From assembly GCF_004010195.1 (NCBI RefSeq), contig NC_057756.1:1639703-1703702 (forward strand): DNA of 64,000 nt, read 5' to 3'. A model generated the notes under the pieces. The model worked only from the letters and a program-made list of their open reading frames with translations, ran no database searches and was not told the origin of the DNA. Numbering within the stretch: position 1 is the stretch's first letter; every line of letters begins with the position of its first letter. The DNA is from Chiloscyllium plagiosum. Lineage: Eukaryota. Positions 23,663 through 35,830 of this stretch are shown piece by piece. The position numbers were made by a program, and so were the translations under genes.

Positions 23663-24689
23663 GGTCAGCTCGAGAGATAACCACTTCTCTTTCATTATCC
23701 AGGTCACTACTTTGGCCTCAAGTCTCATCTGTTTACATATAAACAAAAAGACCTCTCAGAATCCTTTCTGTACCAAACTAGTCTGATTGGAGCCGGGAGC
23801 TGTTTATGACTCCTCTGAAAAAAAAATCAAGGACATCGTATCCTTGAGAAAAGGAACAGCTTTTTAGAATAAAAGGGATCAGCTTTGTGAAAAATAAAAT
23901 ATATAGATATACACCATGTGTCTGTGTGCGTCTCTGGCTCTGTATGTGTTTCTGTCTCGGTATATGCGTCTATCTCTGTTGAACTATCTCTGTGTGTTTT
24001 TGCATGTTCTGAGCAAGGGTCACTCGACTTGAAACGTTAACTCTGACTTCTCTTCACAGATGCTGCCAGAGCTGTTGAGCTTATCCAGCAATTTCTGCTT
24101 TTGTTTCTGTGTGTTTGTAGTTGTGTTTGCTTGTGTATATGAGCGTGTGTATTAGTGAGTGTATGTCTCTATGTCTGTGTGTGTGTCTCTGTTGCTTTGG
24201 GTGAATCCGTCGACATGGATTTGACCCCTTTTCCCCCCTTTGTCTGTCCCTCTTGGTGTTTAAAATGGTACAATGGTCATGTTGGTGTGTGTTTGTATCT
24301 GTGGATCTATCTCTCACTGCAATGGGACTGACTGTAGTTTGAATGAATATAGCCAGACTCTCTCTCTCTCTCTCCTCTTGTGTTTAAAGTGATACAATGT
24401 CACCCTCTTATGGCCTCCCTACGCCACTACACAAGCAGGAACATGGGCCTTATCAATGAATAACCGAAAAGTTGAATGTGAACCCTTAGCCCCCAGGCCT
24501 CAGAAAGAGCGATGGACCCATGTCTGGGGTTTGAATCCCTTCCTGATGCCTCCTGTCATGAGGCTTCGGTCCTCCGCCAATTAATGGCTGCATGCGAAAG
24601 GGAGTTAAGGGTACAACAGTCCGTATCAGAGCGGTCCAGAATTCTTATGGACCAACTTGGAGCAATGGAAGAGAGGGCAGGAATACCCC

Positions 24690-25238
24690 AACGGGCTATA
24701 GGAGTTAGGATGTCACATTGAGGTTGTACAGGACATTGGTGAGGCCTCTTCTGGAGCATGGTGTCGAGTTCTGGTCTCCTGGATCTGAGAAGAATAGGTT
24801 TACCAGGATGTTGCCAGGAATGGGGGGGTTTGTGTCATAAGGAGAGGCTGGAATAGGCCTGGACATTTTTCACTGGAGCGTAGGAGGTTGACAGGTGACT
24901 TTATAAAGGTGAGGGGTATAGATGTGTGATGTGTGTTTTCTCTGGGGTGGGGGTTATCTAGACTGGGGGGGGCACATTTTAAGGTGAGAAGGGAGAGATT
25001 CAAGAATGACGTTATTGGCAAATTTTTACCCAGAGGGTGGTTCGCGTGTGGAATCAACTTCCAGAGGAAGTGGTGGATGTGGGCACAGTTACAGCATTTA
25101 AAAGACATTCAGAATCACACATGAGTAGGAAGATTTGGAGGGAGATGGGCAAGGAGCAGGCAGGTGGGACTAGTTTAGTTTGCGATTATGTTTGGCTGTT
25201 TCAGACCAAAGGGTCTGTTTCAGTGCTGTATGACTCTG
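24690..25238 (+). mobile_element. CR1 3' fragment
   Basis: LYRTLVRPLLEH-like segment followed by the CR1 3'UTR. Confidence 0.8.
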
Positions 25239-25239
25239 C

Positions 25240-25700
25240 GTCCTGGACAGACTCCCTCTCCATAGGGGTCTCATTAGAACAACTGTATTTGTCCCACGCA
25301 GTGTTTGTGGCAGTCCTTGCATGGAATTTTGTAGATGACGTTGGTTTTGTCCATGGGTTGTACTGGGTCTTTTAAGTTTGTTACTTTTTGTTTGAGAGTA
25401 TTGGTGGGTTTGTGTGCTACTAGGATTCCATAGGACAAACAGGAAGAAAGTTAGCCACCAGGATACACGAACACCAGCTAGCCACAAAAAGACAGGAAAT
25501 GACATCACCACAAACCCCAGGAACCCCATCCAGGAGAAAGATATAAATAGAAAGCAGGAGACAACAGCTTCGCTTCACTTGGAGGTCGCCACTGATGATG
25601 TTACCGAGCCAGGTAATGAAACGTCTGGATATCAAACCTACAGCTCAGCGAGCAAACCTACACCCTAAACCTCAACCTGAGCTACAAACCTTCACAAACG
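25240..25700. mobile_element. Penelope-like element of a second family, 5'-inverted, GIY-YIG remnant
   Basis: Minus strand VIYKIPCKDCHKHCVGQ (~25290-25410); plus strand IGQTGRKLATRIHEHQLATKR from ~25430. Confidence 0.8.
25589..25628 (+). ncRNA. Minimal hammerhead ribozyme motif, second Penelope family
   Basis: cca-CTGATGA-t-gttacc-gagcca-ggtaat-GAAA-CGTC-tgg: stem I cca/tgg, 6-bp stem II. Confidence 0.75.
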
Positions 25701-26594
25701 TTGCAAGTATCCAGAAATGTAGCACAGTCCCAAGGGGTAAACCATGTACCCAGGATCCCTGTGATACAACCCTCCAGGCCTCGTGGTGTGTGAAGCTAAG
25801 TTGACCCTGCTAGACTGGGTGTAACCAACAGCTCACAGTTTACGAGAAACCCGGTGGGAGATCCATATTGTGTTAGAGGAGCGTGGGGGATTAGAGACGA
25901 TTGGTGGGGCTTCTCTGAGAATGGGCGCACGGTGACTGGATGCTTAGCCCCATCCAGAAGAATTCCACGAAATTAGTCACGGGCTGAGATGGGACCAGAT
26001 TGTCCCAGTCACATATACACACCAGGCTCTTGTGATCAACTCATCGTTAATGCCACAGGGAAAATCTCCTTTGACAGTGTTCAGGTTGTTGTCACCCATT
26101 CCTGAATAAAGTTGGGACTGCTTTTGCATTGGCACCAGTTTCCATCTGGAGAGATTTGACTGTTTCGGTACTGGGGGATGTCCCAGTCAGAGTTGTTTGA
26201 GGAGGAACGAGACAACAGCCCACTCTCCTCCCCACGTTTCCAACTCCTCACTTCCCCCTGAGGCAGCACCAACACCCCTCCACACATCAGCAACTCCCCA
26301 CCCTGCTCTGTCCCACTCTCCTGGGGAAAACGCCTCCATCTGATGGCTCCTGCCCTCCTTTTGGGTTCTACTGCCTTCTTACTCACAGCCCAGGGATATT
26401 CCAGGAGGAGTGCTCTCCAGTCAGAGGCAAGGAAGACCAGGGATCAGGGATGGAGTGGGGGTCACGGACAGGGTAGGCGTCGGGAGTCCAGGAAAGAGCA
26501 GGGGTCAGGGAGGGGGTTAGGGAAATGCTAGGGCTCAGGGAGAGTGGAGGGGTCAGGGTTTCAGGGAAGGGGTAGGGGTCAGGGATCAGGAGGT

Positions 26595-26929
26595 GTTTTC
26601 CATTGGAATTTAGAAGACTGAGGGGAATCTTGCAGAAATTTATAAAATTATGAAGAGAATCGATAAGATGGAAGCAGGGAGGATGTTTCCACTGGCGGGT
26701 GACACCAGATTGGGGGGGGGTGGTCACAGCCGCAAAAACAAGGGAGAGCAGGGTTTAGTACGGAGCTGAGAGGGAACTTCTCCCCCCAGAGGGTTGTGGA
26801 ATTCCCTGCTCAGTGAAGTAGTTGAGGGGACCACATTGAAAGGTTTTTAAGGCAAAGGCAGATTTTTGAACAGCGTGCGGATCTATGTTCAGGGGGAGCA
26901 GGCGTTTAAGTGGAGCTGAGTCCACAAGG
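26595..26929 (+). mobile_element. CR1 3' fragment running into the gap
   Basis: FPLEFRRLRGNLAEIYKIMKRIDK. Confidence 0.8.
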
Positions 26930-27429
26930 NNNNNNNNNNNNNNNNNNNNNNNNNNNNNNNNNNNNNNNNNNNNNNNNNNNNNNNNNNNNNNNNNNNNNNN
27001 NNNNNNNNNNNNNNNNNNNNNNNNNNNNNNNNNNNNNNNNNNNNNNNNNNNNNNNNNNNNNNNNNNNNNNNNNNNNNNNNNNNNNNNNNNNNNNNNNNNN
27101 NNNNNNNNNNNNNNNNNNNNNNNNNNNNNNNNNNNNNNNNNNNNNNNNNNNNNNNNNNNNNNNNNNNNNNNNNNNNNNNNNNNNNNNNNNNNNNNNNNNN
27201 NNNNNNNNNNNNNNNNNNNNNNNNNNNNNNNNNNNNNNNNNNNNNNNNNNNNNNNNNNNNNNNNNNNNNNNNNNNNNNNNNNNNNNNNNNNNNNNNNNNN
27301 NNNNNNNNNNNNNNNNNNNNNNNNNNNNNNNNNNNNNNNNNNNNNNNNNNNNNNNNNNNNNNNNNNNNNNNNNNNNNNNNNNNNNNNNNNNNNNNNNNNN
27401 NNNNNNNNNNNNNNNNNNNNNNNNNNNNN
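26930..27429. other. Assembly gap of exactly 500 N, likely an arbitrary-size scaffold join
   Basis: Round-number N run. Confidence 0.95.
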
Positions 27430-28344
27430 ATGTTAGTAATAACAGGTTGCTATCCTTATTATATCCCCCTCAGTTCATTTGCACGCTTGTGATGCAAGGA
27501 AATATGTCAATTTAACGCATTAACAATGCATAGACGTCATTCGTCAGACATGTGTTACATGATTACTCATGACATTGTTGTTTTCTTTCTTTTTGTTTGC
27601 TTCTAATAGCATTTTCTTCCCTTTTGTCGTTAAAATGTCAACGTAAGTCTTAACTTGCATCATGCTGCGATCGAGATATCATTAAGTATTATGCCAAAAA
27701 CTGATGACAGAGATGTATCATGTAAGAGGAGAATAGTAGTGAACTATTTACATGCCAACATATCTTTTCTTTAATGTCCTGTGAATACCAATAATTATTG
27801 CATGAGGTCAAGATTAGGTCTTCTAATACATCTAACTATTCGTTTACCATTAGAGGGTTTCTTTTTTCATCTTGATTATGCTCCATGAGAATGTGAGTGA
27901 CTATTACTTGAAGTGTCCAATGCGATCATATTCACCCATGCAGCTTTACTCATGTATTTTCAATGAATAAGGTCTATTTAATGCACATACAGCTGATTAC
28001 AATCCAGAATTGATGTCTTTGTTGTCAGATATAACAACAATTCACAGAAATGAAAATTTGGTAGCAGATTCGATGTCCAGACATTTCTTCAACCACCGTT
28101 CTGATGTTTTATTTACGTCCTGATCTCAAAGTGGAGCATGCCACTAACTAGCTATTTTGTACTGTGAATTTAGAGTCAGCAGTCGTGGTCCATCAGTCAA
28201 CAATTTGCAACAGCAGACATGTGCTTTCTAATTCAGCTCCAAACTCATTGAAAACACGCCTTATCTGACAACATTTACTTCAAATTTCTGCCATTGAAGT
28301 GCACTATCTGAAGAGGCCAGGTGGATGAATACATAATTTATAAC

Positions 28345-29457
28345 ACAAAATGCGGAGGAATTGGATAGTGGGAGACACAGCAGTTTGGATCTTTAATTGG
28401 CTTGCTGAAATAAAACAGAGGGTTGTAGTTGATGGAACAAGTTCATCTTGGTGTTCAGTTACTAGCGGTGTACCGCAAGGGTCGGTGGTGGGTCCACTGC
28501 TGTTCGTCATTTTTATAAATGATCTGGATGAGGGCTTAGAAGGGTACGTTAGTAAATTTGTGGACGACACTAATGTTGGTGGAGTTGTGGATAGTGACGA
28601 AGGATGTAGTAGGTTGCAGAGACACATACACAGAATGCAGAGCTGGGCTGAGAGGTGGCAAATGGAGTTTAATGTGGACAAGTGTGAGGTAATACATTTC
28701 GGCTGGAGTAATCGGAATGCAAAGTACTGGGCAAATGGTAGGATTCTTGGGAGTGCAGATGAGCAGAGAAATCTTGGTGTCCATGTACACAGATCCCTGA
28801 AAGTTGCCACCCAGATTGACAGGGTTGTTAAGAAGGCATACAGTGTTTTGGCGTTTATTAATAGAGGGATTGAGTTCCAGAACCAAGAGGTTATGCTGCA
28901 GCTGTACAAAGCTCTGGTACGGCCACACTTGGAGTATTGTGTACACTTCTGGTCACCGCATTATAAGAAGGATATGGAAGCTTTGGAAAGAGTGCAGAGG
29001 AGATTTACTAGGATGTTGCCTGGTATGGAAGGAATGTCCTCTGAGGAAAGGCTGAGGGCATTGAGGCTGTTCTCGTTAGAGAGAAGAAGGTTGAGAGGTG
29101 ACTTAATAGAGACATACAAGATAATCAGAGGGTTAGATAGGGTGGACAGGGAGAGCCTTTTTTCCAAGTATGGGGACGGCAAACACGAGGGGACACAAAT
29201 TTAAACTGAGGGGAGATAGGTATAAGACAGATGTCAGAGGTAGTTTCTTTACACAGACAGTAGTAAGGGTATGGAATGCTTTGCCTGCATCGGTAGTAGA
29301 TTCGCCAAGTTTAAGTGCATTTAAGTCGTCATTGGACAGGCAAATGGACGTACATGGAATAGTGTAGGTGGGATGGAATTCAGATTAGTATGACAGGTCG
29401 GCGCAACATCGAGGGCCGAAGGGCCTGTACTGCGTTGTAATGTTCTATGGTCTATGT
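28345..29457 (+). mobile_element. Young 5'-truncated CR1 LINE with an open 284-aa RT C-terminal frame
   Basis: GVPQGSVVGPLLFVIFINDL, SKFVDDT, RPHLEYCVHFWSP; ttctatg-type tail. Confidence 0.93.
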
Positions 29458-30329
29458 TTGTAATGATAGTTTCTATAAGTAAAGTTGAACACATGGACGG
29501 ATGATTTTTTTGAGGACTAAGATGCGGGAAAATGATGCCATGGCTGCAGAACAAACGTGTTTAATGAACAGCAAACTTGTTTTATTTTGTTCTGAATTGC
29601 TTATTTTCCAGAAATATAACAAAAGTCATAAAACAAAATGGTTGAGGTGTAGGGATACTGATTAAGAGAAACGAAGCAGACTGAGAAAACGAGCTTCCAC
29701 CAGGGTGGTTCATTGACTGAGCATATTTGTTTAAATTTGCACGAAATAAAGTGAACATTGCATTGTGTCACTGAGCTGCCAAAGTTTGGCACATATGCAC
29801 AGGAACATATTTGCAGGGTACTGCCAAAAGTTCTAAGAAATATAAAACAATTATTTCTATGCTATCGTCAATTCGAAAATTAACCATAATCACCATATGA
29901 AAAGGCACTAAAGAGTTTCCTTTGTGAAGTGGTTTCATAGACATTTTCTGCTACTTTTTGTCTTTGAAAATTAAAAATAATATTTGGGGATGACCCCTGT
30001 TAAATACCTTATTAGCAAGTACATAGGATAGAGAGAGCACAATATCATGACATTGAGACTAGCAGCACAAATGACACAAAAAAGAAATCACCGCAAAGAA
30101 TAAGAAACGTGATCAATAGAACACTAAAAATTTGGGCAAATGATTGAGTGTAAGTGAATAAATGGACAATGCATTGAATTTAATTTCGTTGCGCTTACAT
30201 TTCTGTAATTATTACAGATCGAAAAAAATGCGGACAAAACTGGTAGAAACAGGAATTAAGCAAAGTTATTGTTATGCTCATTCGAATGTTAACTGCATCA
30301 TTGAACTCAAATGAAATAGAAATATCCAG

Positions 30330-32358
30330 AAGTCCTGTCAGGGTGAAAGGGAAGGATGGCAGGTATAGGGAATGCTGGATGACTAAAGAAATTGAAGGTT
30401 TGGTTACAATAAAGAAAGAAGCATATGTCAGGTATCAAATGAATCCTTAGAAGAGTATAAAGAAAATAGGAGTATACTTAAGAGGAAAATCAGGAGGCAA
30501 AACGGGGACATGAGATAGCTTTGGCAAATAGAATTGAGGAGAATCCGAAATGCTTTTACAAATATGGTAAGGACAAAAGGGTAACTAGGGAGAGAATAGG
30601 GCCCTCAAAGTTCAGCAAGGCGGCCTTTGTGTGGAGCCACAGAAAATGGGGAGATACTAAATCAATATTTTGCATCAGTATTTACTGTGGAAAAAGAATA
30701 TGGAAGACAAAGACTGTAGGGACATAGATGGTGACATCTTGCAAAATGTCCAGATTACAGAGGAGGAAGTGTTGGATGTCTTGAAACAGTTAAAAGTGGA
30801 TAAATCCCCATGACATGATCAGGTGTACCTGAGAACTATGTGGGAAGCAAGCTAAGTGATTGCTGGGCCCCTTGCTGAGATATTTGTATCATCGATAGTC
30901 AATGGTGAGGTGCCGAAGACGGGAGGTTGGCAAACGTGGTGCCACTGTTTAAGAAGGGCAGTAAAGACTAGCCAGGGAACTATAAATCGGTGAGCCTGAT
31001 CTCGGTGGTGAGCAAATGTTTGGAGGGAATCCTGAGAAACAAGATGTACATGTATTTGGAAAGGCAAGGCCTGATTCGGGTTACTCAACATGGTTTTGTG
31101 CGTTTGAAGTCATGTCTCACAAACTTGCTTGAGTTTTTTGAAGAAGTAACAAAGAAGATTGATGAGGGCAGAGCAGTAGATGTGATCTATATGGTCTTCA
31201 GTAAGGCGTTCGACAAGGTTCCCCATGGGAAAGTGATTAGCGAGGTTAGATCTCATGGAATACAGGGAGGATTAGACATTTGGATAGCGAACTGGCTCAA
31301 AGGTAGAAGACCGAGGGTGATGGAGGAGGGTTGTTTTTTCAGACTGAAGGCCTGTGACCAATGGAGTGCCACAAGGATCGGTGCTGGGCACTCTACTTTT
31401 TGTCATTTATATAAATGATTTGGATGCGAGCATAAGAGGTACAGTTAGTAAGTTTGCAGATGACACCAAAATTGGAGGTGCAGTGGACAGTGAAGAGGGT
31501 TACTTCAGATTACAACAAGATCTGGACCAGATGGGCCAATGGGCTGAGAAGTGGCAGATGGAGATTAATTCAGACAAATGCGAGGTGCTGCATTTGGGAA
31601 AACAAATCTTAGCAGGACTTATACACTTAATGGTGAGTTCCTAGGGAATGTTGCTGAAGTGACCTTGGAGTGCGGGTTCATAGCTCCTTGAAAGTGGAGT
31701 CACAGGTAGATAGGATAGTAAAGAAGGCGTTTGATATGCTATCCTTTATGGTCAGAGTATTGAGTACAGGAGTTGGGAGGTCAGTTTGCGGCTGTGCAGG
31801 ACATTGGTTAGGCCACTGTTGGAATATTGCGTGCAATTCTGGCCTCCTTCCTATCGGAAAGATGTTGTGAAACTTTAAAGGGTTCAGAAAGGATTTACGA
31901 GGATGTTGCCAGGGTTGGAGATTCTGAGCTACAGGGAGAGTCTGAACAGGCTGAGGCTGTTTTCCCTGGAGCGTCAGAGGCTGAGGGGTGGCCCTATAGA
32001 GATTTACAAAATTATGAGGGGCATGGATAGGAAAAATAGACAATATCTTTGCCCTGGGGTGGGGGAGTCCAGAACTAGACGGCATAGGTTTAGGGTGAGA
32101 GGGGAAAGATATAAAAGAGTCCTAAGGCCAAGTTTTTCACGGGTATGGAATGAACTGCCATGGGAAGTGGTGGAGTTTGGTACAATTGCAGCATTTAAGA
32201 GGCATTTGGATGGATATATGAATAGGAAGGGTTTGGAGGGATATGGGCCGGGTGCTGGCAGGTGGGACAAGATTGGGTTGGGATATCTGTTCGGCATGGA
32301 CGGGTTGGACCGAAGAGTCTGTTTCCATGCTGTCCATCTCTATGACTCTATGACTCTA
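30330..32358 (+). mobile_element. CR1 LINE, 5'-truncated and frameshifted
   Basis: QHGFVRLKSCLTNLLEFFEEVT, GVPQGSVLG, KFADDTK; (ctatgact)n tail. Confidence 0.92.
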
Positions 32359-33199
32359 AGTTTAACAAAGAAAAGAAACCAAAAGAAAACATGAGATCGA
32401 AATGGACAAGTAACAGGAAACAAAGAAGTGTGAGTTCGGGACATGTGAAACAGAAACAGATACGACTGGATGAACTGATCATCTTTGGCAGCAACTGTGG
32501 AGTGAAATGAGACCAAACAAATCCAAGTCCTGTGATCTATTTTCAGAGCACAAAGGAGCGTTAACACAGTCTTTCAGGACCAGACATGCACTTAAGTAGT
32601 GACAGGTGAAACTTAGATTTATATGTGAACCAAAAGCAATGTTTAGGCACAGATGAAGAAGGTCTTTGATAACGAACTAAATAAACAATCTGCATGTGTT
32701 TATAACTTGGATGAAGTTCCTCAGATTACGGGGAAACAGGAGGTAGTTAATCGTCTTTGCCGTTTCGAATTGGTAATGTAGCAATCTTTTGCAGATTGTT
32801 TGCACCTATATCTGATTTTTTTTTAAGATAGATAGGTTGTATTCAAATGTAATAACTGAAGTCTGAATAACAATTGCACAGTCCTCGGACAATAAATTCC
32901 CAGTCACCCTGACAGTTAAGTGGATAGTCAGAAGATTGGACAATTCCAAGTAAGATTCATTTGTTTAGAGTGATGTGAATCTAGTTCCACGAACAACAGA
33001 TTAGTATAATTACATTCGTTGAGGTAGAACCTTTGGAAAGGATGGTTCAGACCAAATAAATGTATCTGCTTGTGCAAATTCCACTTAATTAAAAAGAAAA
33101 TTAACGCTGTCATGCAAAGGAAAATCATATTCAAACAGTTTGCTGTAAAATTTCGAAACGGTGGTATAAAGTATTTGTAAAGGTACTGCAGATTAAGTC

Positions 33200-34150
33200 A
33201 TTTGCATAAACTAGAACTTAATTTTACTCGTGGGCAAATAGAAAAGTGTGAGAAAAGTTAGGGCACATGGAACAAAAATGCCTATTAATCTATTAAATAT
33301 TGGATACTTTATTGGCTGATCGATATTCAATAGGTGATCATGACTAATGTAAGTTTTTGGTACGTAAATATGAGTTGCAGATTAATTATAAAGGATTTGG
33401 AATATTCGCCATGAAAAGAGTATAATACTGCCCAAATCACTGTGTACGAGAGAGAGATTCACTATTTGTGGATGATACAAAAATTAAAAAGCAAAGTCAA
33501 ATCAGTATATGCTGACATTGAATTCCAAACGATGCTGTACTTCAGAAGGATGTACAGGCAAGTAGCATCTAACATTGAAAAACGCATGCAGCGCTTAACA
33601 TAGGAAGGAAGAATGTAAATAGAAGTCATTTGACATAATGTTACAATTCTGAAAAAAATCATGTCAGACTAAATATAATATGTATTGATTCGTTAATCTA
33701 TTGAAGTATATGTAACATACTTTGGCGAACAGATAATTAACCGGAAAGTATATTCTGCTTTAATTCGAGGAACATACAATGACAGAGAATGGAGTAAGGG
33801 TGTGTTTGCATTAATATTTGACCTAACAAGAAGTATTGTAATTTTTGCATCGGAATCTGCATTGCATGATGCAAGGTGACTCTCGATGCATGAGCGTGAC
33901 TACAGAAAATATTTATGCAAAGATGTCGATGGGTGAGGAACCACAGGCACTTAGTTTGATTGGATTGTTTACTTCATCATATACAATGTTGACAACCTTT
34001 TGGGTAGAGCAAGACATAAAACGGATTTCATAAAGGATACAATGATGCATTAAACCTTGAGCGTAACACCACTTAACAAACTCATGGCAGCCTCCTCCAT
34101 AGATTAATGTTCAGTTTGTTGAATATGTTCTTTTTGTTTTGGTTAACTCT
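33200..34150 (+). mobile_element. Very old CR1/L2-like remnant
   Basis: ctatttgtggatgatacaaaa (LFVDDTK) near 33462 and weak downstream similarity to CR1. Confidence 0.45.
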
Positions 34151-34649
34151 GGCTAGGAGAAGTCTTTATCTGACCACTAAAACGAAGAGACTTGATATCA
34201 AGCAGCAAGAGATGGGTGGAAATAGTCTGGAGTGTTAGTTGGGGGAAACATTTTATCTTGTTGTCACTCGTCAAAGAATTGAAATGCCCAGAGAATATCT
34301 TAGAAGAAAGCCCTTACGAGGAAAATAAATCACACTTAAATGAAAAACACTTGCTCGTGTCTGTACACATGTTCACTTTTCATATTCAATGGGAAATTGC
34401 AAACCGATCTGTCATGCAAGCAGATCCAGGACGTTTTGTCTTTCAGGCAAACAAGTTCCAGATCAATTTCATAATCATAGAAACAGCACTGTCAGGAAGG
34501 AAAACAAATCCCCTCTCCGTTCTTTAAACCATGATAATAATGGGCTCACTATCTTTCAGCGTATTATGACTAAAGTGGACCATCTTTTCCAGTGGCATTT
34601 TTTGTTCATTTCGATATGATTCTGCATTTGCTTTTAATATTAGTCAACA

Positions 34650-35830
34650 CAATGTTTCCAATAGAACAGAAATAGAAGTTGCTGGAAAAGCTCGGCATCT
34701 ATGGTAGCATCGGTGAAGAGATATTATACGTAAATTATTGTTCTGTTGACTCTTCTGCAGAGAAATTGGTAGATAGAATAATGTCGGTTTATATGCAGAA
34801 GGAAGGGTGGAAGAAAGCGGTAAGGTGTAAACAGTAGGCGGGGGTACAGCCAAAGAGACAGAAGAGCGGTTTGACACACAAAGGAGTGAATAAAAGTCTG
34901 GGGGGGGGGGGGGGGGTGTAAATAGCTGTTAATGGAGACGGTTCATGGATAATAATAGGTTTCGTATAATGGCAGACTATGTGATGACTCGACCAAGTCT
35001 GTGGGATAGGGAAAATTCAGTGCCTAAAATTGTTGAAATTGATATTATGTCTGGAGGGCTATAGGGTACTTAAGCAGAAACTGAGGTGATCTTCTAGCAT
35101 GAGATTCCCTACACTGGAAATCTGGAGGAATCCTAAGGCAGGAATGTTGACCAGGGAGCAAGGTGGTGTGTTAAAGTGATGGACAAATGGAATATCATGT
35201 TTTTTTGCAGACAGAATGTCGATGTTCAGTGAAGAGTTTGTGAGAAGAGATCACCAAGCTTATGCTTCGTTTACACAATGTAGAAGAAACCACATTGTGC
35301 ACAGTGAATGCAGTAGACTAGAAAGTGAAATGTTCAGGTAAAGTGCTCCTTCAGCTGAGAGGTTTGTTTGGGTTTCTGGATACTGACAAGGGAGGAGGTA
35401 AATGGGCAAGAATTGCAACTTCAGTGTTTTCAGAGGAATGTGCCGAGGCCCTGAGGGTGGTGTGTTGGGAGTGAAACAAATATGAACAATGGTCTCCCTG
35501 TGGGAAATAGCCACTCTGAAGGCGGACAAGGGAGGGGAGGGAAATATCTGTTTCTTGTATCCATCTCGCCAGAGGTAGCGGAAATGGTGGCTGATGATGT
35601 TCTGAATGTGGGTGCTGTTGGGATGATAGGTAAGGACAAGGGGAGCTCTATTGCTGTAGTGAGATGGAAGAGAGTGAGTTAACGTGATGTTGTGGTATAT
35701 GGTTTGGACAAGGTGTTGGGGAATACTCAGTTGAGGAAGAAAATGGACATTTGGGATGATCTCTTATTAAAGTTGGCCTCATCGGAACATGTGTGACAGA
35801 GGTGTAGGAACTGGGAAAACGAAATGGAGT
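34650..35830 (-). mobile_element. Degenerate Penelope-like element
   Basis: Similarity by eye to the pseudo-LTR and GIY-YIG region of 39452-40775 and 45465-46640. Confidence 0.6.

Larger units (their letters stand above)
17843..23892 (-). mobile_element. Decayed Gypsy LTR retrotransposon with Gmr1-like organisation and both LTRs
   Basis: Direct repeats 17843-19093 and 23122-23892; polypurine tract at 19094-19117 (minus strand); gag, RT and RNase H remnants on the minus strand. Confidence 0.9.

Noticed and set aside
28350..29204. 284-aa ORF as a host gene
   Set aside because: It is the C-terminal part of a 5'-truncated CR1 reverse transcriptase.
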